NCBI RefSeq assembly: GCF_963921235.1
Contig: NC_086097.1
Coordinates: forward strand, 46,812,001-46,876,000
Reading direction: 5' to 3'
DNA length: 64,000 nt
Source: Mobula hypostoma
Taxonomy: Eukaryota
This document shows positions 37,981 to 49,063 of the stretch, piece after piece. The translations under genes and the position numbers were made by a program. The stretch's first letter is position 1, and every line of letters begins with the position of its first letter. Under the pieces are notes generated by a model that saw only the letters and a program-made list of their open reading frames with translations, made no database searches and was not told the DNA's origin.

Positions 37981-40436
37981 AGAATTGAACCTAAGGCTGT
38001 TTAGGGCACTTGCTTTGAACTTATTAGTCATTCATTAGAATTCTTACTGTGCAGATTTTAATATTTTTGTTGTATTACAGGATGTTATTGAATATGTAGA
38101 ATAAATTGTGTTTAGGCTGATACAGGTAATTTGAGGCAATCTTTACTCTGCTAAAGAAGTGGCTTTGCTGCTCTATAAACTTTATGTATTTCTGCTCAAT
38201 CTGATAAGAATGACTTTTGCTGTGGGAAAAATTAGTGGGAAGAACGAAAGGAAAATTAGACTTCTGAGAAATTATACTAAGTGGTCATGAAAAGGTTTAA
38301 CAGTTATCAATATCATCTTTGGAGAATGAGGGAATTTCAACAAACTGGGCCAGCTTTCTTGGCAACACCCACAAAATGCTTTGAAGAGCTCAGCAAGTCA
38401 GGTAGTATCTTTGAATTACTGCAAGAAAGTTTGCCCAGTTTGGTGCAAAAAAAAAATGGAAAAAAACAGATGAATAAAACTGCAGGAATTTAAACATGGC
38501 AATGAGTCATCAACAACTATCTCAGCACTTTGGGAAGCCGAAAAATTCCCACATGTGTAATTCTTTAGATACTGACAGATCCAATTAAAACCACAGACTC
38601 CACGTCCTGGAACAGAGATAATATGCATGTAGAGCCATGCTTTTGTTTATTGGAACTTTCCAATAAACAAAACTATTTCACAGGGAATTCCAGTAATTTA
38701 TGGCAGGAGAAAATTCTTGATTTAGAAATTAACTGTTTTCATATCTTATGTCAACCCGGCATCTGCCAGAGTGTTATGCTAACTTTACATTTGTTCAGAG
38801 GATGTGGATGTAGCTGCTATTGTTAGCAGTTCTTGTATGGCCCTTATTCCTTCTGCCTTCCTTGAACAGAGTCTTTCAAGAGTTAAATTCAATGGACAAT
38901 CTGGAGTCAAGTCTCGGATTTCTTAATCTGAAGAACCATAATCAAAAAGAGGACGTTACACAATAATCCAGTTGATTCATGGTTTCTATTATTTATACCA
39001 ATTTTTTTAATTCCAAATTTAATTACTTGAACTTAAATCCTCCTGATTAATAAACAGAACAAGTCTCAGGATGCCATTTCACAGTTTAACTCCTCGTTCC
39101 TGTGCAAATGGTTCTATCCATTCAAAGTAGAGATCATGAAGGGAGTAGTGGGGGAAGATCATATTTAAAATAGAGGTTCACAGAGATGTGAATGGCTGGG
39201 TAAGATCTTGCACATGGACCACCATGTCAGAACAGGACTGGGAATGGGAATTAAAATGTTTGGCCACCGGGAAGTTCTGCTTTTAGCAGAAGTGCTCGAT
39301 GAAGCAATTCCCCCAAATGCATTACGGTCTAGTATGGCAACTTGAGTGTGCAGGAATGGAAGAAGCTACAGAGAATAGTGGACTCAGCTCAATATATCAT
39401 GAGCACATCTATCCCCACCATTTACCTGAGGTGCTGACATCTTCACACAGATATCATCAAGCAGGAGGTACAGAAGACTGAGGTCCCACATCACCATGTT
39501 CAAGAACAGCCACTTCCTTTCAATCCTTTGGCTTTAAAATCAATCTGCACAATCCTAATCACTGCCACTTTGAATTACAATGTACATTGTTTGTGTTTGT
39601 TCTAATTATGTTCTTTCTAAAAATGATTACGTATAATTTACATTTAATATATATTTTTCTTGTGAGTGCTACTTATCTGATGCCATGTAACTTTGATGCT
39701 GGAGCTAGTTTTTCATTGCAGTAGTGCAGACAGGTATTTTTGTATATGACAATACGGCTTTAAACATCTGATTGAATTCACATGCACAATTTTGTACTGT
39801 GCACACATGACTGGAAAAGAATGTGAAGAGTGGAGCAGGTCTGGAGTGCAGGATCAAAGCCATTTCCTGTGTTAGATATAGGGCCCACTCCTACCTAGAC
39901 TGCTGTCATAAGATCTTGCAGAGGAGATTATCCAAGCATATTTTAACCTTCTTTTAGGGAAGGCCCCTTTTCATTTCTCAACCTGTACCCAGACATTCCA
40001 TCCCATTTCAATTGGCCTCCATGGTGCCTCAGAACTTCCTACGATGCATTCCAAGTAATTATGGTCTTTTTGACAACTATGCTGTCTTCAGTGTGCGCCT
40101 TGCCTAACTTCTATGATTTCCACTTTACTACTGAATCTCCAGACATTCTCACTTTACTCAGCTCTATACTCGTACCAATGTCTCCCCTCCAGCCAATTAC
40201 CTTACCCCTATCCTGGTCTTTCTTCCAGTCATGTCCCCTCCATCACTAATTTTCCAATCTTTCCTCATAAAACATGCCTTCTAATTCAGGCAGCGTTCTG
40301 GAAAATCTCCTCCACTCTCTCTCTCTAGAACTTCCACATTCTTCGTATAATGAGGTATGCAGAATTGAACACAATACTCTAAGTGCAGTCTAAGCTCAGT
40401 TTTATAGAGCTGCAACACATATAAGTTTTATAGGGG

Positions 40437-41108
40437 TCTTTGATTGGAGTACTGCGTGGGCGCAGTAGAAGTATTCCCATGCAAGTCTGGCGAAGAGCTT
40501 TAAAAAGCAGGAAGTTTTTTCAAAGGGAATCTTTGATTGGAGTACTGCGGAGACACAGCAGAAGTGTTGCTGCACAAGTCCAGCGAAGACTTTTAAAAAC
40601 CCAGTCTCCTTAAAAGAGAGGTCCATCTAGTGGAACAGTCATCGTGGGAACGGTCATCGTCAGAGTCGACTGAGTCAGAGTGGTTTGGCTTTGGCGAGAA
40701 CAGGCGGAGGCAAGGTGAGTAGGTAAGTTCATTCATTATTTCTTATTTCTTAATTAACTCTTGAGAGAATAAGGAATATGTCTACAGAGCCAGTGTTCTA
40801 TTCTGGGTGTCAGACGTGGGATTCCCGAGAGACTCCCAGCCTCCCCAGCGGCCACATCTGCACCAGGTGCATCGAGATGCAGCTCCTGAGAGACCATGTT
40901 AAGGATCTGGAGCTGCAGCCCGATGACCTTCGGCTTATTAGGGAAAGTGAAGAGGTGATCAACAGGAACTACAGGAGACAGGAGACAGATAAATGGTTGA
41001 CTGTCTGGAGAGGGAAGGGAGAACGCCAGATAGTGGAGAGCACCTCTGTAGCCGTTACCACCAACAATAAGAACTCCTTTTTGAGTACTGTTCTGGGGGT
41101 GGGGGGGG
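40437..41108 (+). mobile_element. CR1 5' end (duplicated 93-bp 5' monomer + ORF1 N-terminal zinc finger)
   Basis: tctttgattggagtactgcg unit at 40437 and 40530. ORF 40778 MSTEPVFYSGCQTWDSRETPSLPSGHICTRCIEMQLLRDHVKDLELQ is homologous to the ORF1 start at 57969 (-). Confidence 0.75.
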
Positions 41109-41112
41109 GAAT

Positions 41113-41523
41113 GCTAATGCCCCACATCCCCCTCGTACCCCATCCATTATTTATTTATTTATTTATATACACACTTTCTTTGTCTCTGTCTCCTTTTTCT
41201 CCCTCTGTCCCTCTCACTATACCCCTTGCCCATCCTCTGGGCTTCCCCCCTCCCCCTTTTCTTTCTCCCTAGGCCTCCTGTCTCATGATCCTCTCATATC
41301 CCTTTTGCCAATCAACTATCCAGCCCTTGGCTCCATTCCTCCCCCTCCTGTCTTCTCCTATCATTTTGGATCTCCCCCTCCCCCTCCCACTTTCAAATCT
41401 CTTACTAGCTCTTCCTTCAGTTAGTCCTGACGAAGGGTCTCGGCCTGAAACGTCGACTGTACTGCTTCCTATAGATGCTGCCTGGCCTACTGCGTTCACC
41501 AGCAACTTTTATGTGTGTTGTTT
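41113..41523 (+). mobile_element. Penelope-like element 3' end
   Basis: Pyrimidine-rich tract, then a hammerhead motif, then gatgctgcctggcctactgcgttcaccagcaacttttatgtgtg. Confidence 0.8.
41422..41459 (+). ncRNA. Minimal type-I hammerhead ribozyme motif
   Basis: TAGTC-CTGACGA-AGG gtctcgg CCT-GAAA-CGTC-GACTG; core intact. Confidence 0.72.
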
Positions 41524-41524
41524 G

Positions 41525-43545
41525 ATCAGAATCAGAATCAGGTTTATTATCACCGGCATGCGACGTGAAATTTGTTAATTTAGCAGCAGCAGTTCAATGC
41601 AATACATAATCTAACAAAGAGAGAGAAAATAGTAATAATAAATAAAATAAAACATAACAAATAAACAAGTAAATCAATTATGTATATTGAATAGATTATT
41701 TTTTAAAATGCACAAAAACAGAAATACTGTATATTAAAATAAGTGAGGTAGTGTCCAAAGCTTCAAAGTCCATTCAGGAATCGGATGGCAGAGAGGAGGA
41801 AGCTGTTCTAGAATCGCTGAGTGTGTGTCTTCAGGCTTCTGTACCTCCTACCTGATGGTAACAGTGAGAAAAGGGCATGCCCTGGGTGCTGGAGGTCTTT
41901 AATGATGGATGCTGCCTTTCTGAGACACCGCTCCCTAAAGATATCCTGGATACTTTGTAGGGTAGTGCCCAAGATGGAGCTGACTAGATTTACAACCTTC
42001 TACAGCTTCTTTTGGTCCTGTGCAGTAGCCCCTCCATACCAGACAGTGATGCAGCCTGTCAGAATGCTCTCCACGGTGCAACTGTAGAAGTTTTTGAGTG
42101 TATTTGTTTACATACGAAATCGCTTCAAAACTCCTAATAAAGTATAGCCGCTGTCTTGCCTTCTTTCTGACTACATCAATGTGCTGGGACCAGGTTAGAT
42201 CCTCAGAGATCTTGACACCCAAGAACTTGAAGCAGCTCACTCTCTCCACTTCTGATCCCTCCATGAGGGTTGGTACATGTTCCTTTGTCTTACCCTTTCT
42301 GAAGTCCACAATCAACTCTTTCATCTTACTGACGTTGAGTGCCAGGTTGTTGCTGCAGCACCATTCCACTCGTTGGCATATCTCACTCCTGTACGCCCTC
42401 TCGTCACCATCTGAGATTCTACCAACAATGGTTGCATCATCAGCAAATTTGTAGATGGTGTTTGAGCTATGCCTAGCCACACAGTCATGTGTATATAGAG
42501 AGTAGAGCAGTGGGCTAAGCACACATCCCTGAGGTGCAACAGTGTTGATTGTCAGCGAAGAGGATATGTTATCACCAATCCGCACAGACTGTGGTCTTCC
42601 GGTTAGGAAGTTGAGGATCCAATTACGGAAGGAGGTACAGAGGCCCAGGTTCTGCAACTTCTCAATCAGGATTGTGGGAATGATGGTATTAAATGCTGAG
42701 CGATAGTCGATGAACAGCATCCTGACGTAGGTGTTTGTGTTGTGTAGGTGGTCTAAAGCCGTGTGAAGAGCCATGGAGATTGCGTCTGCCGTTGATCTAC
42801 TGTGACAATAGGCAAATTGCAATGGGTCCAGGTCCTTGCTGAGGCAGGAGTTCAGTCTAGTCATAACCAACCTCTCAAAGCATTTCATCACTGTCGCTGT
42901 GAATGCTACTAGACGATAGTCGTTAAGACAGCTCACATTACTTTTCTTTGGCACTGGTATAATTGTTGCCTTTTTAAAGCAAGTGGGAACTTCTGCCCGT
43001 AGCAGTGAGAGGTTGAAAATGTCCTTGAATACTCCCGCTAGTTGGCTGGCACAGGTTTTCAGAGCCATACCAGGTACTCCATCAGGACCTTTTGCCTTGC
43101 AAGGGTTCACTCTCTTTAAAGACAGTCCTCTGAGACAGAGATCACAGGGTCATCAGGTGCAGCAGGGATCTTCACAGCTGTAGTTGTGTTCTCCCTTTCA
43201 AAGCATGCATAGAAGGCATTGGGTTCTTCTGGTAGTGAAGCATCACTGCCATTCATGCTATTGGGTTTCACTTTGTAGGAAGTAATGTCTTGCAGTCCCT
43301 GCCAGAGTTGCCGTGTATCTGATATTGCCTCCAACCTCGTTCGAAATTGTCCCTTCACCCTTGAAATAGCCTACTGCAAATTGTACCTGGTTTTCTGGTA
43401 CAGGCTTGGGTTGCCGGACTTGAATGCCACAGATCTAGCCTTCAGCAGATGACATACCTCCTGGTTCATCCACGGCTTTTGGTTTGGGAATGTACAGCAA
43501 GTCTTTGTAGCACACACTCTTCCGCACAGGTTTTAATGAAGTCGG
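41525..43545 (-). mobile_element. Rex1/Babar-type LINE, 5'-truncated RT
   Basis: ORF 41935-43110: [75 protein letters not shown]. (TCTGAT)n tail at 41525-41540. Confidence 0.88.
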
Positions 43546-43985
43546 AGCGTTTAAGGAGCGTTTGGCAGTTTTGGACCTGTACTCACAGAAGAATGAGGGG
43601 AATCACATTGAAACTTACCTAATGTTGAAAGGACTAGGTAGGATGGATGTGGAGAAGAAGTTTTCTATGGTGGGGGCATCCAGAACTGGAGGGCGCAACC
43701 TCAAAATTGAGATGCGACCTTTTAGAAGGGAGGTAACGAGGAATTTTTTTGGATAGAGAGCAGTGAATCTGTGGAATGCTCTGTCACAGACTGGGGTGGA
43801 GGCCAAGTCCGTGGGTATATTTAAAACAAAAGTTGATCATTTCCTGATTGGTCAGGGCATCAAAAGATATGGTGAGAAGGCAGATGTATGGGATTGAGTG
43901 AGATCCGGGATCAGCCATGATGGACTGGCGGAGTAGACTCAATGGGCTGAATGGCCTAATTCTGCTCCTATGTCTTATGGCCTAA
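43546..43985 (+). mobile_element. CR1 3' end
   Basis: IETYLMLKGL..SRTGG.NLKI..RPFRREVTRNFF; ends ctgctcctatgtcttatgg. Confidence 0.75.
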
Positions 43986-44733
43986 CATTGCATTACAGCT
44001 CTTAAACTCAATCCTTCAACTAATGAAGACCAACACACCAAACAACTTCTTAAACACCCTATCAACTTGTGCAGCAACTCTGAAAGATCTATGGATATGG
44101 ACCCCAAGATCCCTTTGTTCCTCCACAATGCTAAGAATCTTGCCATTAACCTTGTACTCCATCTTCAAAATCAACCTGCCAAAGAGTATCACTTCATACA
44201 TCTTCCGATTAAACTCTTTCTGCCATTCCTCAGACCAAATCTGCATCCTGTCAATGTCCTGTTGTAACCACCCACAACTTTCTACACCATCCACAACACC
44301 ACAACCTTCATATCATCTGCAAACTTACTAACCACTCTTCCACTTCCTCTTAAACCATAAGATCATAAGATATAGGAGTAGAATTAGCCCATCGGGTCAG
44401 CTCTGCCATTTCATCATGGCTGATCCATTTTCCCTCAGTTCCAATCTCCTGCCTTCTCCCCATATCCCTTTATGTCATTGTCCGGTCCATGAAAGCCGTA
44501 TTCCGGTTCACGGTCTGGTCCGTCGATCTGTATTCCGGGTTTTCCTGTTTTCCCCCAGTTCCGCTGGGCTCCATAATTGAGGCATCTGATTTTCATTTTG
44601 GGCCAGCACATAAATACCTCTGCAAACCAGGGACTGGCTGCTGGACTGTTTTTCCTCTCTCCCCCCCCCCCCACCCACCGAATCCCTGGCAGGTACTTCG
44701 GCAGTTTATCTCAACAGTTACTTTGGCACTAAG

Positions 44734-45061
44734 CTTCATCTGTAATCTTCGCCTGCTACCTTGCCTGCGTCCTTGCCTGTATCGCCGTCAAGTTCAATCG
44801 TCGGAGTGAGACCGGAGCCTTGCCACACCAAGATAAGGAACTATCTATCGTTGAGTTTGGAACTGTCTCTTTGTGTTCCCATGTTTAGTATCTGTGTCTT
44901 CATCTGTAATCTTCGCCTGCTACCTTGCCTGCGTCCTTGCCTGTATCGCCGTCAAGTTCAATCGTCAGAGTGAGACCGGAGCCTTGCCACGCCAAGATAA
45001 GGAACTATCTATCGTTGAGTTTGGAACTGTCTCTTTGTGTTCCCATGTTTAGTATCTGTGT
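44734..45061 (+). repeat. Tandem duplication, 2 x 164 bp
   Basis: cttcatctgtaatcttcgcc...tttagtatctgtgt at 44734-44897 and 44898-45061, near-identical. Confidence 0.92.
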
Positions 45062-45107
45062 CAAAGAAGAGTCCCGGTCCTAAGTCCTGTTCCCAACGAG
45101 GGGTCCC

Positions 45108-48100
45108 GGCTCTGCATTCCTGTGCTCAGGTCCGGGGCCCCTGCGTTCCAGTACTCAGGTCCGGGGCCCCTGCGTTCCAGTGCTCAGGTCCGGGGCCCCT
45201 GTATTCCAGTGCTCAGGTCCGGGGCCCCTGCATTCCAGCACTCAGGTCTGAGGCCCCTGCATTCCAGTGCTCAGGTCCGGGGCTCCTGCATTCCAGTGCT
45301 CAGGTCCGGGGCCCCTGCGTTCCAGTGCTCAGGTCCGGGGCCCCTGCGTCCCAGTGCTCAGGTCCGGGGCCCCTGCGTTCCAGCGCTCAGATCCAGGGCC
45401 CCTGCGTTCCAGCGCTCAGGTCCGGGGCCCCTGCGTTCCAGCGCTCAGGTCCGGGGCCCCTGCATTCCAGCACTCAGGTCCGGGGCCCCTGAGATCCAGC
45501 GCTCAGGTCCGCAGCCCCTGTGTTCCAGTGCTCAAATCCGGGGCCCCTGCATTCCAGTGCTCAGGTCCGGGGGCCCTGCATTCCAGTGCTCAAGTCTGGG
45601 GCCCCTACGTTCCAGTGCTCAGGACCGGGGGTCCTGCATTCCAGTGCTCAAGTCCGGGGCCCCTGCATTCCAGTGCTCAGGTCCGGGGCCCCTACGTTCC
45701 AGCGCTCAGATCCAGGGCCCCTGCGTTCCAGCGCTCAGGTCCGGGGCCCCTGCGTTCCAGCGCTCAGGTCCGGGGCCCCTGCATTCCAGCACTCAGGTCC
45801 GGGGCCCCTGAGATCCAGCGCTCAGGTCCGCAGCCCCTGTGTTCCAGTGCTCAAATCCGGGGCCCCTGCATTCCAGTGCTCAGGTCCGGGGGCCCTGCAT
45901 TCCAGTGCTCAAGTCTGGGGCCCCTACGTTCCAGTGCTCAGGACCGGGGCCCCTGCATTCCAGTGCTCAAGTCCGGGGCCCCTGCATTCCAGTGCTCAGG
46001 TCCGGGGCCCCTACGTTCCAGCGCTCAGGTCCAAGGCTCTGTGTTCCAGTGCTCAGGTCTGAGGCCCCTGCGTTCCAGTGCTCAGGTCCGGGGCTCCTGC
46101 ATTCCAGTGCTCAGGTCCGGGGCCCCTGCGTTCCAGCGCTCAGATCCGGGGCCCCTGCGTTCCAGCGCTCAGGTCCGGGGCCCCTGCATTCCAGCACTCA
46201 GGTCCGGGGCCCCTGCGATCCAGCGCTCAGGTCCGCAGCCCCTGCGTTCCAGTGCTCAAATCCGGGGCCCCTGCATTCCAGTGCTCAGGTCCAGGGCCCC
46301 TGCGTTCCAACGCTCAGGTCCGAGGCCCTGCGTTCCAGCGCTCAGGTCCGGGGGCCCTGCATTCCAGTGCTCAAGTCTGGGGCCCCTACGTTCCAGTGCT
46401 CAGGACCGGGGGTCCTGCATTCCAGTGCTCAAGTCCGGGGCCCCTGCATTCCAGTGCTCAGGTCCAGGGCCCCTGCGATCCAGCGCTCAGGCCCGGGGCC
46501 CCTACGTTCCAGCGCTCAGGTCCAAGGCCCTGTGTTCCAGTGCTCAGGTCTGGGGCCCCTGCGTTCCAGCGCTCAGGTCCGGGGCCCCTTCATTCCAGCA
46601 CTCAGGTCCGGGGCCCCTGCGATCCAGCGCTCAGGTCCGCAGCCCCTGCGTTCCAGTGCTCAAATCCGGGGCCCCTGCATTCCAGTGCTCAGGTCCGGGG
46701 CCCCTGCGTTCCAACGCTCAGGTCCGAGGCCCTGCATTCCAGCGCTCAGGTCCAGGGGCCCTGCATTCCAGTGCTCAAGTCCGGGGCCCCTGCATTCCCG
46801 TGCTCAGGCCCGGGGCCCCTGTGATCCAGCGCTCAGGCCCGGGGCCCCTACGTTCCAGCGCTCAGGTCCAAGGCCCTCTGTTCCAGTGCTCAGGTCTGGG
46901 GCCCCTGCGTTCCAGCGCTCAGGCCTGGGGCCCCTGCATTCCAGTGCTCAAGTCCGAGGCCCTGCATTCCAGTGCTCAGGTCTGGAGCCCCTGCATTCCA
47001 GTGCTCAGGTCCGAGACCCCTGCGATCCAGTGCTCAGGTCCGCAGCCCGTGCGTTGCTGCACTCAGGTCTGAGGCATTGTGTTCCAGTGCTCAGGTCCAA
47101 GGCTCTGTGTTCCAGTGCTCAAGTCCGAGGCCCCTGCGTTCCAGCGCTCAGGTCCGAGGCATTGTGTTCCAGTGCTCAGGTCCAAGTCTCTGCGTTCCAG
47201 TGCTCAGGTCCGGGGCCCCTGCGTTCCAGCGCTCAGGTCCAAGGCCCCTGCGTTCCAGCGCTCAGGTACGGGGCCCCTGCGTTCCAGCGCTCAGGTCCGG
47301 GGCCCCTGCGTTCCAGTGCTCAGGTCCGAGGCCCCTGCGTTCCAGTGCTCAGGTCGGGGCCCCTGCGTTCCAGTGCTGAGGTCCGGGGCCCCTGCATTCC
47401 AGTGCTCAGATCCAGGGCCCCTGCATTCCAACGCTCAGTTCCGAGGCCCCTGCGTTCCAGCACTCAGGTCCAAGGCCCCTGTGATCCAGTGCTCAGGTCC
47501 GGGGCCCCTACGTTCCAGCGCTCAGGTCCAAGGCTCTGTGTTCCAGTGCTCAGGTCTGAGGCCCCTGCGTTCCAGTGCTCAGGTCCGGGGCTCCTGCATT
47601 CCAGTGCTCAGGTCCGGGGCCCCTGCGTTCCAGCGCTCAGATCCGGGGCCCCTGCGTTCCAGCGCTCAGGTCCGGGGCCCCTGCATTCCAGCACTCAGGT
47701 CCGGGGCCCCTGCGATCCAGCGCTCAGGTCCGCAGCCCCTGCGTTCCAGTGCTCAAATCCGGGGCCCCTGCATTCCAGTGCTCAGGTCCGGGGCCCCTGC
47801 GTTCCAACGCTCAGGTCCGAGGCCCTGCGTTCCAGCGCTCAGGTCCGGGGGCCCTGCATTCCAGTGCTCAAGTCTGGGGCCCCTACGTTCCAGTGCTCAG
47901 GACCGGGGGTCCTGCATTCCAGTGCTCAAGTCCGGGGCCCCTGCATTCCAGTGCTCAGGTCCAGGGCCCCTGCGATCCAGCGCTCAGGCCCGGGGCCCCT
48001 ACGTTCCAGCGCTCAGGTCCAAGGCCCTGTGTTCCAGTGCTCAGGTCTGGGGCCCCTGCGTTCCAGCGCTCAGGTCCGGGGCCCCTTCATTCCAGCACTC

Positions 48101-49063
48101 AGGTCCGGGGCCCCTGCGATCCAGCGCTCAGGTCCGCAGCCCCTGCGTTCCAGTGCTCAAATCCGGGGCCCCTGCATTCCAGTGCTCAGGTCCGGGGCCC
48201 CTGCGTTCCAACGCTCAGGTCCGAGGCCCTGCATTCCAGCGCTCAGGTCCAGGGGCCCTGCATTCCAGTGCTCAAGTCCGGGGCCCCTGCATTCCCGTGC
48301 TCAGGCCCGGGGCCCCTGTGATCCAGCGCTCAGGCCCGGGGCCCCTACGTTCCAGCGCTCAGGTCCAAGGCCCTCTGTTCCAGTGCTCAGGTCTGGGGCC
48401 CCTGCGTTCCAGCGCTCAGGCCTGGGGCCCCTGCATTCCAGTGCTCAAGTCCGAGGCCCTGCATTCCAGTGCTCAGGTCTGGAGCCCCTGCATTCCAGTG
48501 CTCAGGTCCGAGACCCCTGCGATCCAGTGCTCAGGTCCGCAGCCCGTGCGTTGCTGCACTCAGGTCTGAGGCATTGTGTTCCAGTGCTCAGGTCCAAGGC
48601 TCTGTGTTCCAGTGCTCAAGTCCGAGGCCCCTGCGTTCCAGCGCTCAGGTCCGAGGCATTGTGTTCCAGTGCTCAGGTCCAAGTCTCTGCGTTCCAGTGC
48701 TCAGGTCCGGGGCCCCTGCGTTCCAGCGCTCAGGTCCAAGGCCCCTGCGTTCCAGCGCTCAGGTACGGGGCCCCTGCGTTCCAGCGCTCAGGTCCGGGGC
48801 CCCTGCGTTCCAGTGCTCAGGTCCGAGGCCCCTGCGTTCCAGTGCTCAGGTCGGGGCCCCTGCGTTCCAGTGCTGAGGTCCGGGGCCCCTGCATTCCAGT
48901 GCTCAGATCCAGGGCCCCTGCATTCCAACGCTCAGTTCCGAGGCCCCTGCGTTCCAGCACTCAGGTCCAAGGCCCCTGTGATCCAGTGCTCAGGTCCGGG
49001 CCCCGGCGTTCCGGTGCTCAGGTCCAGGGCCCCTGCGTTCCAGTGCTCAGGTCCAAGGCTCTG
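45108..49063 (+). repeat. GC-rich 29-bp minisatellite (~135 units) with higher-order duplications
   Basis: Consensus GCTCAGGTCCGGGGCCCCTGCGTTCCAGT with 28-bp variants. Identical ORF translations are offset by 1497 bp (46078/47575, 46972/48469) and a near-identical segment by 319 bp (45520/45839). Confidence 0.97.

Noticed and set aside
38540..38692. Two NF-kB-like motifs (gaaaaattccc, gggaattcc) as an enhancer for the TNFAIP2-like gene
   Set aside because: They are short imperfect matches expected by chance in 64 kb, with no supporting evidence.
45108..49063. CRISPR array
   Set aside because: Units are head-to-tail with no unique spacers, there are no cas genes, and the context is eukaryotic.
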